Source: an uncultured cyanobacterium (lineage in GTDB: Bacteria > Cyanobacteriota > Cyanobacteriia > PCC-6307 > Cyanobiaceae). Taken from it: 64,000 nt of DNA. The stretch lies in the NCBI GenBank assembly GCA_903856805.1, contig CAIOCZ010000072.1:1877-65876 (forward strand), in the 5' to 3' direction. The notes below the pieces were generated by a model, which saw only the letters and a list, made by a program, of their open reading frames with translations, did not search any database and was not told where the DNA came from. A program made the position numbers and the translations under genes. Numbering within the stretch: position 1 is the stretch's first letter; the number at the start of each line of letters is the position of its first letter. Below, one piece after another: positions 47,524 to 57,143 of this stretch.

Positions 47524-49344
47524 GTGACCGTTGCTCCCCCCTCGGCCTCTCCCGCGAGCGAGGCCAGGGGAGCGACCACGATCGCCCTGCCCCGGACGAG
47601 CGAAAGCCCGGAGCTGTTACGCATTCGCCATTCCATGAGCCATGTGCTGGCGATGGCCGTGCAGAGCCTGTTTCCCAAGGCCCAGGTGACGATTGGCCCC
47701 TGGACAGAGACCGGGTTCTATTACGACTTTGACAATCCCGATCCGTTCACGGAGGCTGATCTCAAGGCGATCAAAAAGGAGATGGGGAAGATTATCGGCA
47801 GGCGCCTTCCCCTGGAGCGGATCGTGGTGAGCCGCGAGGAGGCCGAACGTCGCATCCGGGCCCAGAACGAGCCCTACAAACTGGAAATCCTGGCCGGCCT
47901 GGTGGAGCCCATCACCCTCTATACCCTCGGGGACGGCTGGTGGGACCTGTGTGCGGGGCCGCACGTGGGCAATACCAGCGAACTCAACCCCAAAGCTTTT
48001 GAGCTGGAAAGCGTGGCCGGGGCCTACTGGCGGGGGGATGAAACCAAGGCCCAGCTGCAGCGGATCTACGGCACCGCCTGGGAAACCCCGGACCAGCTGG
48101 CCGAGTACAAGCGCCGCAAGGAGGAAGCGCTGCGCCGCGACCATCGCCGCTTGGGTAAGGATCTCGATCTGTTCTCCATCGAGGACGAGGCCGGAGCGGG
48201 GCTGGTGTTTTGGCATCCCCGGGGGGCGCGCATGCGCCTGCTGATTGAGGACTTCTGGCGCCAAGCCCACTTCGACGACAGTTATGAGCTGCTGTATACC
48301 CCCCACGTGGCTGATATCAGTCTCTGGAAAACCTCCGGCCACCTGGACTTCTACAGCGAAAGCATGTTTGGCCCGATGCAGGTGGATGAACGCCAATATC
48401 AGCTCAAGCCGATGAATTGCCCATTCCATGTCCTCACCTATGCCAACACTCTGCGCAGTTATCGGGAGTTGCCGATCCGCTGGGCGGAACTGGGCACGGT
48501 GTATCGCTACGAGCGCCCTGGGGTGATGCACGGGCTGATGCGTGTCCGCGGCTTCACTCAGGACGACGCCCATGTGTTCTGTTTGCCGGATCAGATCGGC
48601 GATGAGATCTTGCGGGTGCTCAACCTTACCGAGCGTATTCTTTCCACCTTTGATTTCAGGAATTACGAGATTAATCTTTCCACGCGTCCTGAAAAGTCTA
48701 TCGGGGATGATGATGTCTGGGACCTTGCTACCCGGGGCCTGGTGGAGGCTCTGGAGCGAAAGGGATGGGCCTATAAGATTGATGAGGGAGGCGGGGCATT
48801 TTATGGTCCCAAGATCGATCTAAAAATTGAAGATGCGATCGGGAGAATGTGGCAATGTTCCACAATTCAACTTGACTTTAATCTCCCTGAGCGCTTCGAT
48901 CTTCACTACGTTGCCGCCGATGGATCACGCCAACGACCGATCATGATCCATCGGGCCATTTTTGGCTCCTTGGAGCGTTTCTTCGGGATCATGATCGAGA
49001 ACTACGCGGGGGATTTTCCCCTGTGGTTGGCTCCGGAACAAATCCGCCTGCTGCCAGTCACCGATGAGGTCCGAGCTTATGCCGACGATCTTCAAGCCCA
49101 GTTGCGGGCCGCCGGCGTGCGGGCCACGGTGGATTCCAGCGGCGACCGCCTCGGCAAGATGATTCGCCAGGGTGAGCAGCAGAAGATTCCGTTGTTGGCG
49201 GTAATCGGAGCCCAGGAAGCGGCGGCGGGGTCCGTGAGTCTGCGCAGCCGCCGTGACGGCGATCTGGGCAGCCTGCCGGTGGCGACCCTGATCACGGCGG
49301 CTTGCACCGCCAACGCCCAGCGCCTGGCCACCCTGCCCCAATGA
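47524..49344 (+). CDS. thrS: threonine--tRNA ligase (short cyanobacterial form, apparently without the N-terminal TGS domain)
   Basis: The HSMSHVLAMAV editing-domain motif appears at about residue 36. The class II core is FYYDFD...RGFTQDDAHVF...GGGAFYGPKID. The protein is 606 aa with a GTG start. Confidence 0.93.
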   Translation: MTVAPPSASPASEARGATTIALPRTSESPELLRIRHSMSHVLAMAVQSLFPKAQVTIGPWTETGFYYDFDNPDPFTEADLKAIKKEMGKIIGRRLPLERIVVSREEAERRIRAQNEPYKLEILAGLVEPITLYTLGDGWWDLCAGPHVGNTSELNPKAFELESVAGAYWRGDETKAQLQRIYGTAWETPDQLAEYKRRKEEALRRDHRRLGKDLDLFSIEDEAGAGLVFWHPRGARMRLLIEDFWRQAHFDDSYELLYTPHVADISLWKTSGHLDFYSESMFGPMQVDERQYQLKPMNCPFHVLTYANTLRSYRELPIRWAELGTVYRYERPGVMHGLMRVRGFTQDDAHVFCLPDQIGDEILRVLNLTERILSTFDFRNYEINLSTRPEKSIGDDDVWDLATRGLVEALERKGWAYKIDEGGGAFYGPKIDLKIEDAIGRMWQCSTIQLDFNLPERFDLHYVAADGSRQRPIMIHRAIFGSLERFFGIMIENYAGDFPLWLAPEQIRLLPVTDEVRAYADDLQAQLRAAGVRATVDSSGDRLGKMIRQGEQQKIPLLAVIGAQEAAAGSVSLRSRRDGDLGSLPVATLITAACTANAQRLATLPQ

Positions 49345-50372
49345 CCACCCTGTTGGCCGGCGATATCGGCGGGACCAAAACCCTGCTCAGTCTTTACACC
49401 AGCGGAGTCCAGGGCCTTGAGCTACTGGTTTCGGAACGCTACCCCTCGGCGGCCTGGGAAGGCCTCGGGCCGATGGTGCGCCATTTCCTCACCAGCGTGG
49501 ATCCGGCGCAGCGGCTGCGTCCCGCCGCGGCTTGTTTCGCCGTGGCTGGGCCGGTGCAGGCGGGTCAGGCGCGGCTCACCAACCTGCCCTGGCTGCTGAG
49601 CGAGGCCGAGCTGGTTCAGGCCTGTGCCATTCCGACGGTGGAGCTGGTGAATGATTTCGCCGTGCTGATCTACGGCTTGCCCTACCTCGAACCCAGCCAA
49701 CTTGCCCACGTTCGCGATGGGTCCGCCATCGCCGACGCCCCGCTGCTCGTCCTGGGCGCCGGCACCGGCCTGGGGGTGGCGATGGGGATTCCCACCGCCC
49801 AGGGGTTGCGGGCTGTGGCCAGTGAGGCCGCCCATGGCAGCTTTGCCCCCCGCACCCCAGCAGAATGGCGGCTGCACCAGTGGCTGCAGGCTGATCTGGG
49901 CGTGGATCGCCTGTCGATTGAGCGGGTGGTGAGCGGGACGGGCCTGGGCCATGTGGCCCGCTGGCTGCTGGCGGAGCGGGACCCGGAGGGCAGCCACCGG
50001 CTCCGCGATGAAGCCGAGAGCTGGGCTAACCCCAGCCGCGATCGGGGCGGTGCTGATCTGCCGGCGGCGGTGGCCGCCGCCGCCGCCGACCGAGACCCCC
50101 TCGCCGTCGAGGCCTTGGCCCTGTGGCTCGGCGCCTACGGGGCCGTCGTCGGTGACCTCGCCCTGGCCTGCCTCAGCCGCGGAGGCATCTGGCTGGCGGG
50201 GGGCACGGCGGCCAAGTTGCTCGATGGGCTCCGCAGCAAGGAGTTCATTACCGCCTTTCTGGCCAAGGGGCGCTTGCAGGTCGCCCTGGAAGCCATCCCT
50301 ATCCAGGCGATCACCGACCCGTCCGTCGGGCCCTTCAGTGCCGCCTGTCGGGCGCGCATGTTGGTGACCTGA
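49341..50372 (+). CDS. glk: glucokinase
   Basis: MTTLLAGDIGGTKTLLSLY is the ROK/Glk ATP-binding N-terminus. ACFAVAGPV...NLPW is also present. The ATG overlaps the thrS stop (ATGA). Confidence 0.88.
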   Translation: MTTLLAGDIGGTKTLLSLYTSGVQGLELLVSERYPSAAWEGLGPMVRHFLTSVDPAQRLRPAAACFAVAGPVQAGQARLTNLPWLLSEAELVQACAIPTVELVNDFAVLIYGLPYLEPSQLAHVRDGSAIADAPLLVLGAGTGLGVAMGIPTAQGLRAVASEAAHGSFAPRTPAEWRLHQWLQADLGVDRLSIERVVSGTGLGHVARWLLAERDPEGSHRLRDEAESWANPSRDRGGADLPAAVAAAAADRDPLAVEALALWLGAYGAVVGDLALACLSRGGIWLAGGTAAKLLDGLRSKEFITAFLAKGRLQVALEAIPIQAITDPSVGPFSAACRARMLVT

Positions 50373-50412
50373 GCCCAGGCGCCGGGGCTGTTCCCTCGGG
50401 TGGGACACTGAG

Positions 50413-51381
50413 ATGAGTGATGGATCAGGAATGGGTAGCCCCCAGATCGGACAGGGGGTTGCGGTGGATGTTCCAGCCACCACAGCCAATCTCGGGCCAG
50501 GGTTTGATTGTCTTGGAGCTGCTCTCGATCTCGGGAACCGCTTCGAGCTGCGTGTGATCGAAGGAAGTGGTGAACATTTCGACCTGGTGATTGAGGGGCC
50601 GGAAGGCTCCCATCTGCGCGGTGGGGCTGACAATCTTGTCTATCGCTCGGCCCAGCGGGTGTGGCGGGAAGCCGGACAGGAACCGGTGGCCCTGGAGGCA
50701 CGGGTGCGGTTGGCGGTACCGCCGGCCCGGGGTTTGGGCAGCAGTGCCACGGCGATCGTGGCGGGATTGATCGGTGCCAATGCCTTGATTGGCGAGCCCC
50801 TGAGCAAGGAAAAACTGCTGGAGCTGGCCATTGACATTGAGGGTCACCCGGACAACGTGGTGCCTTCCCTGGTGGGCGGGCTTTGTCTGACGGCCCGTGC
50901 CGCCTCCCATCGCTGGCGGGTGGTGCGCTGTGAGTGGGATCCCCGGGTGCGGGCCGTGGTGGCGATCCCGGCCATCCGGTTGGCCACCAGTGAGGCCCGA
51001 CGGGCCATGCCGCGCAGCATTCCGATCCCCGATGCCGTAATCAACCTCGGTGCGCTGACGCTGCTGCTCCAGGGCCTGCGCACGGGCAATGGGGACCTGA
51101 TCGCCGATGGAATGCACGACCGCATTCATGAGCCTTACCGGTGGGGCCTGATTCAGGGCGGTCGGGCCGTGCGTGAGGCGGCCCTGGCGGCGGGTGCCTG
51201 GGGCTGCGTGATCAGCGGGGCTGGTCCGAGCCTGTTGGCCCTCGCCCCGGCCGAGCATTGTCAGGCCGTGAGCACGGCGATGGTGAGCACTTGGGCAGAG
51301 GAGGGGGTGAGCAGCCGGGCTGAGGTGCTGGACCTGCAGCTGGCCGGCAGTGCCTGGCATCCGCTGCCGCTAGCGGCCTAG
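50413..51381 (+). CDS. thrB: homoserine kinase
   Basis: VPATTANLGPGFDCLGAALD...PPARGLGSSATAIVAG is the GHMP kinase motif. Confidence 0.92.
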   Translation: MSDGSGMGSPQIGQGVAVDVPATTANLGPGFDCLGAALDLGNRFELRVIEGSGEHFDLVIEGPEGSHLRGGADNLVYRSAQRVWREAGQEPVALEARVRLAVPPARGLGSSATAIVAGLIGANALIGEPLSKEKLLELAIDIEGHPDNVVPSLVGGLCLTARAASHRWRVVRCEWDPRVRAVVAIPAIRLATSEARRAMPRSIPIPDAVINLGALTLLLQGLRTGNGDLIADGMHDRIHEPYRWGLIQGGRAVREAALAAGAWGCVISGAGPSLLALAPAEHCQAVSTAMVSTWAEEGVSSRAEVLDLQLAGSAWHPLPLAA

Positions 51382-51474
51382 CAGGCCCGGTGAGTAGATC
51401 TACTCAACTGATAGATTCCATCCGACGCTGCAGTCCTTTCAAAGGCTGCGCCAACCAAAATCCCCCTTAGGCCA

Positions 51475-53082
51475 ATGCCGGTAATGGATGTCAACCTCCC
51501 CCACCTGGTTGCGTCCCTGGCCAGTGCTTTGCCCAGTGTTGATGGCAGTGGTGCCTTCCCCTGGCTGAGCCTGATTGTGTTGCTGCCTGCGGCCGCCAGT
51601 CTGCTGATGCCCTTGCTTCCCGGCGACGGCAACGATCCCCTGCTGCCCCGCTCCCTGGCCCTGGGCACCCTGCTGGCCGATCTAATCTTGATGATGGTGG
51701 CGTTTAGTCGCCATTTCGATGGTGGCCTCAGCGGCTTGCAATTGGTGGAGCGGGTTCCTTGGGTGCCGGTCCTCGGACTGGAGTGGTCCCTTGGTGCCGA
51801 CGGTCTCTCGGCGCCCCTAGTGGTGCTGAGTGGTCTGGTGACGTTGTTGGCGGTGGCGTCGAGCTGGTCGATTCGCAGCAAGACCCGGTTGTATTTCGGC
51901 CTGCTGCTGCTCCAGGCCTCGGCCCAAGCCCTGGTGTTTCTCTCCCAGGATTTCCTGCTGTTCTTCCTATCTTGGGAATTGGAGCTCGTTCCCGTTTACC
52001 TGCTGATCGCGATCTGGGGGGGGGCTGGTCGGCAGTATGCGGCCACCAAGTTTATTCTTTATACGGCCCTCGCTTCCCTGCTGATTCTGATCAGTGGCCT
52101 GGCCATTGCCCTGTCCGGCGATAGCTTCACCCTCAATCTTTCTGAATTGGCTGCCCGCTCCCCAGGTGGGACCTTCGGCTTGTTGTGTTACCTGGGCTTT
52201 TTGGTGGGTTTTGGGGTCAAGCTGCCCATCTTTCCCCTGCATACCTGGTTGCCCGACGCCCACGGCGAAGCCAATGCACCGGTCTCCATGTTATTGGCTG
52301 GGGTGTTATTGAAGATGGGCGGGTACGCCCTGTTCCGATTCAATGTCCAAATGCTTCCGGACGCCCATCTCCAATTGGCTCCAGCCCTGATTGTTCTGGG
52401 AATCGTTAATATTGTTTACGGGGCCTTGAACGCCTTTGCTCAGGATAACGTCAAGAGGAGAATTGCTTGTAGTTCGGTGAGTCATATGGGCTTCGTTTTG
52501 TTGGGGATCGGAGCCTTTAATCCCTTGGGTTTAAGCGGAGCGATGTTGCAGATGATCAGCCATGGCCTTATTGCTCCCTCGATGTTCTTTGTCACTGGTG
52601 TGTTCCATCACCGCACCAAAACCCTCTCCATTCCCAACATGGGCGGCCTCGCCAAGGTGCTGCCGATCACCTTTGCCTTTTTCCTGGCCAGTTCCCTGGC
52701 GTCCCTCGCCCTCCCGGGCATGAGCGGCTTCGTCAGCGAGATCACCGTGTTCCTCGGGGTCACCTCCAACGATGGCTTCACGATTGGCTTCCGGGTGATC
52801 ACGATCGTGTTGGCGGCGATCGGCCTGGTGCTGACTCCGGTCTACCTGCTGTCCTTATGCCGACGGGTGTTCTTTGGTCCGCGGATTCCGGCCTTGGCCG
52901 AGGTGGGAGACATGACCCCGCGGGAACTGGTGATCGGCCTCAGCCTGCTGGTGCCCACCCTGGTGATCGGCTTCTGGCCCCGGGTGGCCATCGACCTCTA
53001 TGAAGCCAGCACCAACAGCCTGGCCGAGCAGCTGGCCAGCCACAGCCAGTGGGCCCTGGGGCGGTTGGCCACCCTCGGCTGA
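51475..53082 (+). CDS. ndhD: NAD(P)H-quinone oxidoreductase (NDH-1) subunit 4
   Basis: A 535-aa polytopic protein. [11 protein letters not shown]...[17 protein letters not shown]...[36 protein letters not shown] is diagnostic of NdhD/NuoM. Confidence 0.92.
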   Translation: MPVMDVNLPHLVASLASALPSVDGSGAFPWLSLIVLLPAAASLLMPLLPGDGNDPLLPRSLALGTLLADLILMMVAFSRHFDGGLSGLQLVERVPWVPVLGLEWSLGADGLSAPLVVLSGLVTLLAVASSWSIRSKTRLYFGLLLLQASAQALVFLSQDFLLFFLSWELELVPVYLLIAIWGGAGRQYAATKFILYTALASLLILISGLAIALSGDSFTLNLSELAARSPGGTFGLLCYLGFLVGFGVKLPIFPLHTWLPDAHGEANAPVSMLLAGVLLKMGGYALFRFNVQMLPDAHLQLAPALIVLGIVNIVYGALNAFAQDNVKRRIACSSVSHMGFVLLGIGAFNPLGLSGAMLQMISHGLIAPSMFFVTGVFHHRTKTLSIPNMGGLAKVLPITFAFFLASSLASLALPGMSGFVSEITVFLGVTSNDGFTIGFRVITIVLAAIGLVLTPVYLLSLCRRVFFGPRIPALAEVGDMTPRELVIGLSLLVPTLVIGFWPRVAIDLYEASTNSLAEQLASHSQWALGRLATLG

Positions 53083-53149
53083 ACCACGGCCCGGTTGTGG
53101 CTCCGCTGGAATGGGACCACCTTCCGGCCGACAGGCTCCCCCCCCCTCC

Positions 53150-55267
53150 ATGGGCATCAGCAATCCCAGTCCTGCCGCCCTGTTGCTCGGCACTGGCCTG
53201 CCACCGTTCGAGGCGATCACTCCGGCCCAGGTGGATCAGCACATTCCCGAGCTGCTCGACCAACTGGATGGGGAGCTGACCGCTCTGGAAACCCAGCTGG
53301 AGCAGGCCCTGGCCGCCCAAGCTCCACTCACCTGGCAGGGCGTGATGGATCCCCTGCAGCGCCTGGGGGAGCGTCTGCGCTGGAGCTGGGGGGTGGTGAG
53401 CCATCTCAACGGGGTGTGCAACAGCCCGGAGCTGCGCCAGGCCCATGCCAACCAGCAGGCGGCGGTGGTGCGCTTCGGCAACCGGGCGGGTCAGTGCGTG
53501 GTGATTCACCGTGCCCTGCAGGCCTTGGCAGGGCAGCCCGACCTCGATGCCACCCAACGGCGCATCCTGGCGGCCGAATTGCGCGATATGGAACTGCGGG
53601 GCGTGGGCCTGGCCGGGGAGGCCCAGACGGCCTTCAATGCCGCCTCCCAGGAATTGGCGGAGCTGTCCACCCGCTTTGGCAACCAGCTCCTCGACGCCAC
53701 CAACGCCTGGAGTCTCACCCTCACCGATCCAGCCCAGGTGGAGGGACTGCCCACCACTCTGTTGGACCTGCTGGCCCAAGCCGCCCGCGAGGCGGGCACG
53801 CCTGACGCCAGCTCCGAAGCCGGTCCTTGGCGGATGGGCCTGGATATGCCCCGCTATGGCCCCTTTCTGCAGTACAGCCGCCGTCGGGACCTGCGGGAGC
53901 AGGTCTACAAGGCCCATGGAAGTCGGGCCTCCGGTTTGGAGGGGGGAGCCGACAACACCCCGGTGATCGAGCGCATCCTGACCCTGCGCCAGGAGCAGGC
54001 CGAACGCTTGGGCTATGCCAACTGGGCCGAGGTGAGCCTGGCCGCCAAGATGGCCGACTCCCCAGCCCATGTGGAGCAGTTGCTGGAGGATCTGCGGGGG
54101 GCCGCGTTGCCCGTGGCGCAGCAGGAACTTGAGGAGTTGCGCGCCAGCGCCGCCCGCCTGGGTGCCGCCGAAGCCGACGATTTTCGTCCCTGGGACGTGA
54201 GTTTTTGGGCTGAGCTGCGCCGCCGCGAGCTGTTCGACTTAGACAGCGAGGCCCTGCGGCCCTGGTTCCCGCTGCCCCAGGTGCTGGAGGGTCTGTTTGG
54301 CCTCTGCGATCGCCTGTTCGGCATCCGCATCGAGGCCGCCGATGGCGCCGCGCCGGTGTGGCATCCCGAGGTTCGCTTCTTTCGCGTCCATGACAGCAGC
54401 AGCGGTGAGGCCCTGGCGGCGTTCTATCTGGATCCCTACAGCCGCCCCGGCAGCAAGCGGGGCGGCGCCTGGATGGATGAATGTCTGGGGCGGTCCCTGG
54501 CGGTGGATGGCACACCGGTGCTGCCGGTGGCCTACCTGATCTGTAACCAGAGTCCGCCGGTGGGGGACACCCCGAGCCTGATGACCTTTCAGGAGGTGGA
54601 AACCCTGTTCCATGAGTTCGGCCATGGGCTGCAGCACATGCTCACCACCGTGGAGCGGCCCCAGGCCGCTGGCATCAACAATGTGGAGTGGGATGCGGTG
54701 GAACTGCCCAGCCAGTTCATGGAGAACTGGTGTTACGACCGGGCCACCTTGATGGGCATGGCCCGCCATTGGCAGACCGGCGCAGAGCTGCCCGCCTCGG
54801 AATTCGCCAAGTTGGTGGCGGCCCGGACGTTCATGGCTGGCGCCGCCACCCTGCGCCAGGTGCACTTTGCCCTCACCGATCTGCGGCTGCACAGCCAGTG
54901 GCGGGGCGGCAGTGGTCAATCGCCGGAGCAGCTGCGCCGTCAGATCGCCACCACCACCACCGTGCTGGAGCCGATTGCGGAGGACGCCCTGTTGTGCTCC
55001 TTCGGCCACATCTTTGCGGGCGGTTATGCCGCGGGGTATTACTCCTACAAGTGGGCTGAGGTGCTCAGCGCCGATGCCTTCAGCGCCTTCGAGGACGTGG
55101 GGCTGGAGAACGAGGCGGCGATCCGCGCCACCGGCCGCCGCTTCCGCGCCACCGTGCTCAGTGCGGGCGGGAGCCGCCATCCGGCGGAGGTGTTCGAAAG
55201 TTTCCGCGGTCGCCAGCCCAGTCCGGACGCCCTGATTCGCCACAGCGGACTGGCCAAGGTGGCGTGA
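53150..55267 (+). CDS. prlC: M3-family oligopeptidase A
   Basis: TLFHEFGHGLQHML is the HEXXH zinc motif. WDAVELPSQFMENW and FAGGYAAGYYSYKWAEVLSADAF are also present. The start is ATG 53150. The track ORF from 53000 overlaps the ndhD 3' end. Confidence 0.9.
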   Translation: MGISNPSPAALLLGTGLPPFEAITPAQVDQHIPELLDQLDGELTALETQLEQALAAQAPLTWQGVMDPLQRLGERLRWSWGVVSHLNGVCNSPELRQAHANQQAAVVRFGNRAGQCVVIHRALQALAGQPDLDATQRRILAAELRDMELRGVGLAGEAQTAFNAASQELAELSTRFGNQLLDATNAWSLTLTDPAQVEGLPTTLLDLLAQAAREAGTPDASSEAGPWRMGLDMPRYGPFLQYSRRRDLREQVYKAHGSRASGLEGGADNTPVIERILTLRQEQAERLGYANWAEVSLAAKMADSPAHVEQLLEDLRGAALPVAQQELEELRASAARLGAAEADDFRPWDVSFWAELRRRELFDLDSEALRPWFPLPQVLEGLFGLCDRLFGIRIEAADGAAPVWHPEVRFFRVHDSSSGEALAAFYLDPYSRPGSKRGGAWMDECLGRSLAVDGTPVLPVAYLICNQSPPVGDTPSLMTFQEVETLFHEFGHGLQHMLTTVERPQAAGINNVEWDAVELPSQFMENWCYDRATLMGMARHWQTGAELPASEFAKLVAARTFMAGAATLRQVHFALTDLRLHSQWRGGSGQSPEQLRRQIATTTTVLEPIAEDALLCSFGHIFAGGYAAGYYSYKWAEVLSADAFSAFEDVGLENEAAIRATGRRFRATVLSAGGSRHPAEVFESFRGRQPSPDALIRHSGLAKVA

Positions 55268-56515
55268 TCAGCTGGGTGGCGGCGTCTGTCCCGCCGCCAG
55301 GGCATCCACCAAGGCCAGCTGGGCGGGGAGACACCGCTGCCTCAGGTCGTAGTGCTCGACCATGGCCGCCCTTGCCGCCAGGCCCAAGGGCCGGTGAGCC
55401 TCGGGATCGTCCAGCACGGCGGCGATGGTGTTCACCATCGCCTCGCTGTCGAAGTAATCCACCAACAGCCCCGTGCGCCCGGCTTCGATCACCTCTTCCA
55501 AGGGGGGAGTCGCCGAGCCGATCACCACGGCGCCACAGGCCATGGCTTCCATCAGGCTCCAGCTCAGGACGAACGGCACCGTCAGGTAGACGTGACAGGC
55601 GCAGACCCGGAATAGGTCGTGCAGCACAGCGTGGGGCACCTGGCCCACGAAATGGATCCGGGACAGATCCAGCTGCCCCTCCAGTTCCTTGAGCAGCGCC
55701 GCCCGCCAGCTGCCACCGCCGGGCGGAGGCGTGCCATAGCTGACCCCATCACCGCCCACGATCACCACGTGGGCCCGGGGCCGTCGCGCCTGCAGAGCGG
55801 GCAGGGCCCGCATGAATCGATGGAAGCCGCGATAGGGCTCCAGCTGCCGCGAGACAAAGCTCACCACTTCATCCCCGGGCCGGAAGGTGACCCCGGCCCG
55901 CTTCAGGTGGATCTGGGAACCGGGGCGCGGCGCGATCGCGTCGGTGTCGATGCCTTCATGGATCACGCTGACCCGTTCCCGGAAGGGCTCCGGCACGGTG
56001 GAGGCCTGCCAACGGGTGGGCGACAGGCCCCAGTCGAGGTCGTGGAAAGCCAGCAACTGGGGAGCCCGCCGCAGGCGCAGGCGGGTCTGCTCGGGCCAAC
56101 CCGGCGTGCCCAGTTCCGGATCGAAGCCCACATCGCCGCCCTGGAGCTGGTAAACGAACTCCACTTGATGGAGCACCGGCACCCCAGGCAACACATCCTT
56201 GATTCCCAGCAGTTCCCCCCAGCCGGGGTGGCCCACCACCAGGTCGGGTCGGAGTTGCTTCGACTGCACCAGTTGATCGATCAACCGTGCCACGGCCTCG
56301 GCCCGCAGGCTTTTGGTCTGCAGGTCTGCGACCCAGGGATGGCAGTCCGGCACGCCCTTGGCCGGCATCGGGTCGTAGCGGTGCAGGGGGATGGAGGGCA
56401 GACCCCGGGCACCAGGCCCGGCGATGGCATGGACCTGGTCCCCCCGGGCCGCCATCGCCGCCGCCAGGTGGCGGTACTGGCCGGGGAAGTTCTGGTGGAT
56501 GAACAGCACCTGCAT
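55268..56515 (-). CDS. glycosyltransferase, GT-B fold (group 1 / GT4-like)
   Basis: MQVLFIHQNFPGQYRHLA... and the C-terminal VYLTVPFVLSWSLMEAMACGAVVIGSATPPLEEVI (an E-x7-E-like region). Its stop abuts the prlC stop with no spacer, in convergent orientation. Confidence 0.8.
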   Translation of the reverse strand: MQVLFIHQNFPGQYRHLAAAMAARGDQVHAIAGPGARGLPSIPLHRYDPMPAKGVPDCHPWVADLQTKSLRAEAVARLIDQLVQSKQLRPDLVVGHPGWGELLGIKDVLPGVPVLHQVEFVYQLQGGDVGFDPELGTPGWPEQTRLRLRRAPQLLAFHDLDWGLSPTRWQASTVPEPFRERVSVIHEGIDTDAIAPRPGSQIHLKRAGVTFRPGDEVVSFVSRQLEPYRGFHRFMRALPALQARRPRAHVVIVGGDGVSYGTPPPGGGSWRAALLKELEGQLDLSRIHFVGQVPHAVLHDLFRVCACHVYLTVPFVLSWSLMEAMACGAVVIGSATPPLEEVIEAGRTGLLVDYFDSEAMVNTIAAVLDDPEAHRPLGLAARAAMVEHYDLRQRCLPAQLALVDALAAGQTPPPS

Positions 56516-56625
56516 GGGCCATCACTAGCAGCAAACCCCAGGCTGGATCGGCGGGAGGGGCCTCGAGGGATGACGTCGTTACAGATCTTCGTTAAGATCC
56601 TGAGAACGTCCGTAACGGAGCTGGC

Positions 56626-56802
56626 ATGGGTGAGGTGATTGAGCTGGGCGGTGTTGGTGTGGAAGGCGGCTTCGGCCTCCTGCCCGCGTTGTTCTCCCTG
56701 GTGGCCCTGGGCATCTATGCCCTGCTCACCAGCGAAACGGGCAACAACAATGACGACGATGATTCCTCCCCGGGCGGTGGCCTGATGCAGCCGGTGGCCT
56801 AA
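56626..56802 (+). CDS. candidate small membrane protein (58 aa), below the ORF-track size cutoff
   Basis: The ATG at 56626 is preceded by GGAG, 5 nt upstream. The translation is MGEVIELGGVGVEGGFGLLPALFSLVALGIYALLTSETGNNNDDDDSSPGGGLMQPVA, with one clear TM helix and an acidic tail. GC-rich third positions match the neighbouring genes. Confidence 0.45.
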   Translation: MGEVIELGGVGVEGGFGLLPALFSLVALGIYALLTSETGNNNDDDDSSPGGGLMQPVA

Positions 56803-56844
56803 GCCCCTTTGGAGGGTGCCTCCCCAGCCGAGGAGCCAGTGGCT

Positions 56845-56889
56845 TAGGAGTCAGTTGCCTAGGAGTCAGTTGCCTAGGAGTCAGTGGCG
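56845..56889. repeat. 15-bp tandem repeat, 3 copies (TAGGAGTCAGTTGCC x2 + TAGGAGTCAGTGGCG) with a degenerate partial copy upstream
   Basis: Read directly at 56845-59, 56860-74 and 56875-89. GCCAGTGGCT at 56835-44 is related. The third copy supplies the last codons and the TAG stop of the minus-strand gene 56874..57143. Confidence 0.9.
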
Positions 56890-57143
56890 GAGTGGGTCGG
56901 GCTCGCTGGGGCTGCGGCCTGCTCGGCGCGAAAAGCGGCCGGCACTAGCACGAGAAACACCCCCCACCAGGCCAGCACGGCCAAGGCCACCGGAGCGGTG
57001 ATCCACCAGCGATGCAGGGCCAGCCAGCTCAGCAGGATGGCAATGCCGCCGCTGAGCAGGATGGTCCAGGGCTGACACCACCAGGGTTTGAGCTGCCACA
57101 GGGAGGTCGCCTCACCCGGAGCATCGGCCGTTTCAGCGACCAC
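56874..57143 (-). CDS. small Trp-rich membrane protein (hypothetical) coupled to ctpA
   Basis: The GTG start overlaps the ctpA stop by 11 nt. The sequence is LKPWWCQPWTILLSGGIAILLSWLALHRWWITAPVALAVLAWWGVFLVLV, with 2 TM helices in 89 aa. Confidence 0.6.
   Translation of the reverse strand: MVAETADAPGEATSLWQLKPWWCQPWTILLSGGIAILLSWLALHRWWITAPVALAVLAWWGVFLVLVPAAFRAEQAAAPASPTHSATDS

Noticed and set aside
49422-50633. 403-aa minus-strand ORF
   Set aside because: It is antisense to glk and the thrB 5' end, and both plus-strand genes have clear signatures.
52940-55243. Minus-strand ORFs 52940..54070 (376 aa), 53721..54515 (264 aa) and 54239..55243 (334 aa)
   Set aside because: All are antisense or shadow frames of the M3 oligopeptidase gene, which has an HEFGH motif on the plus strand. 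The translations are Gly/Ala/Arg/Pro-rich with no recognisable domains.
55262-55273. Convergent prlC and glycosyltransferase stops that abut with zero spacer (TGATCA)
   Set aside because: This is noted as a curiosity because it leaves no room for terminators. It is most simply just tight packing, and there is no further evidence of function.
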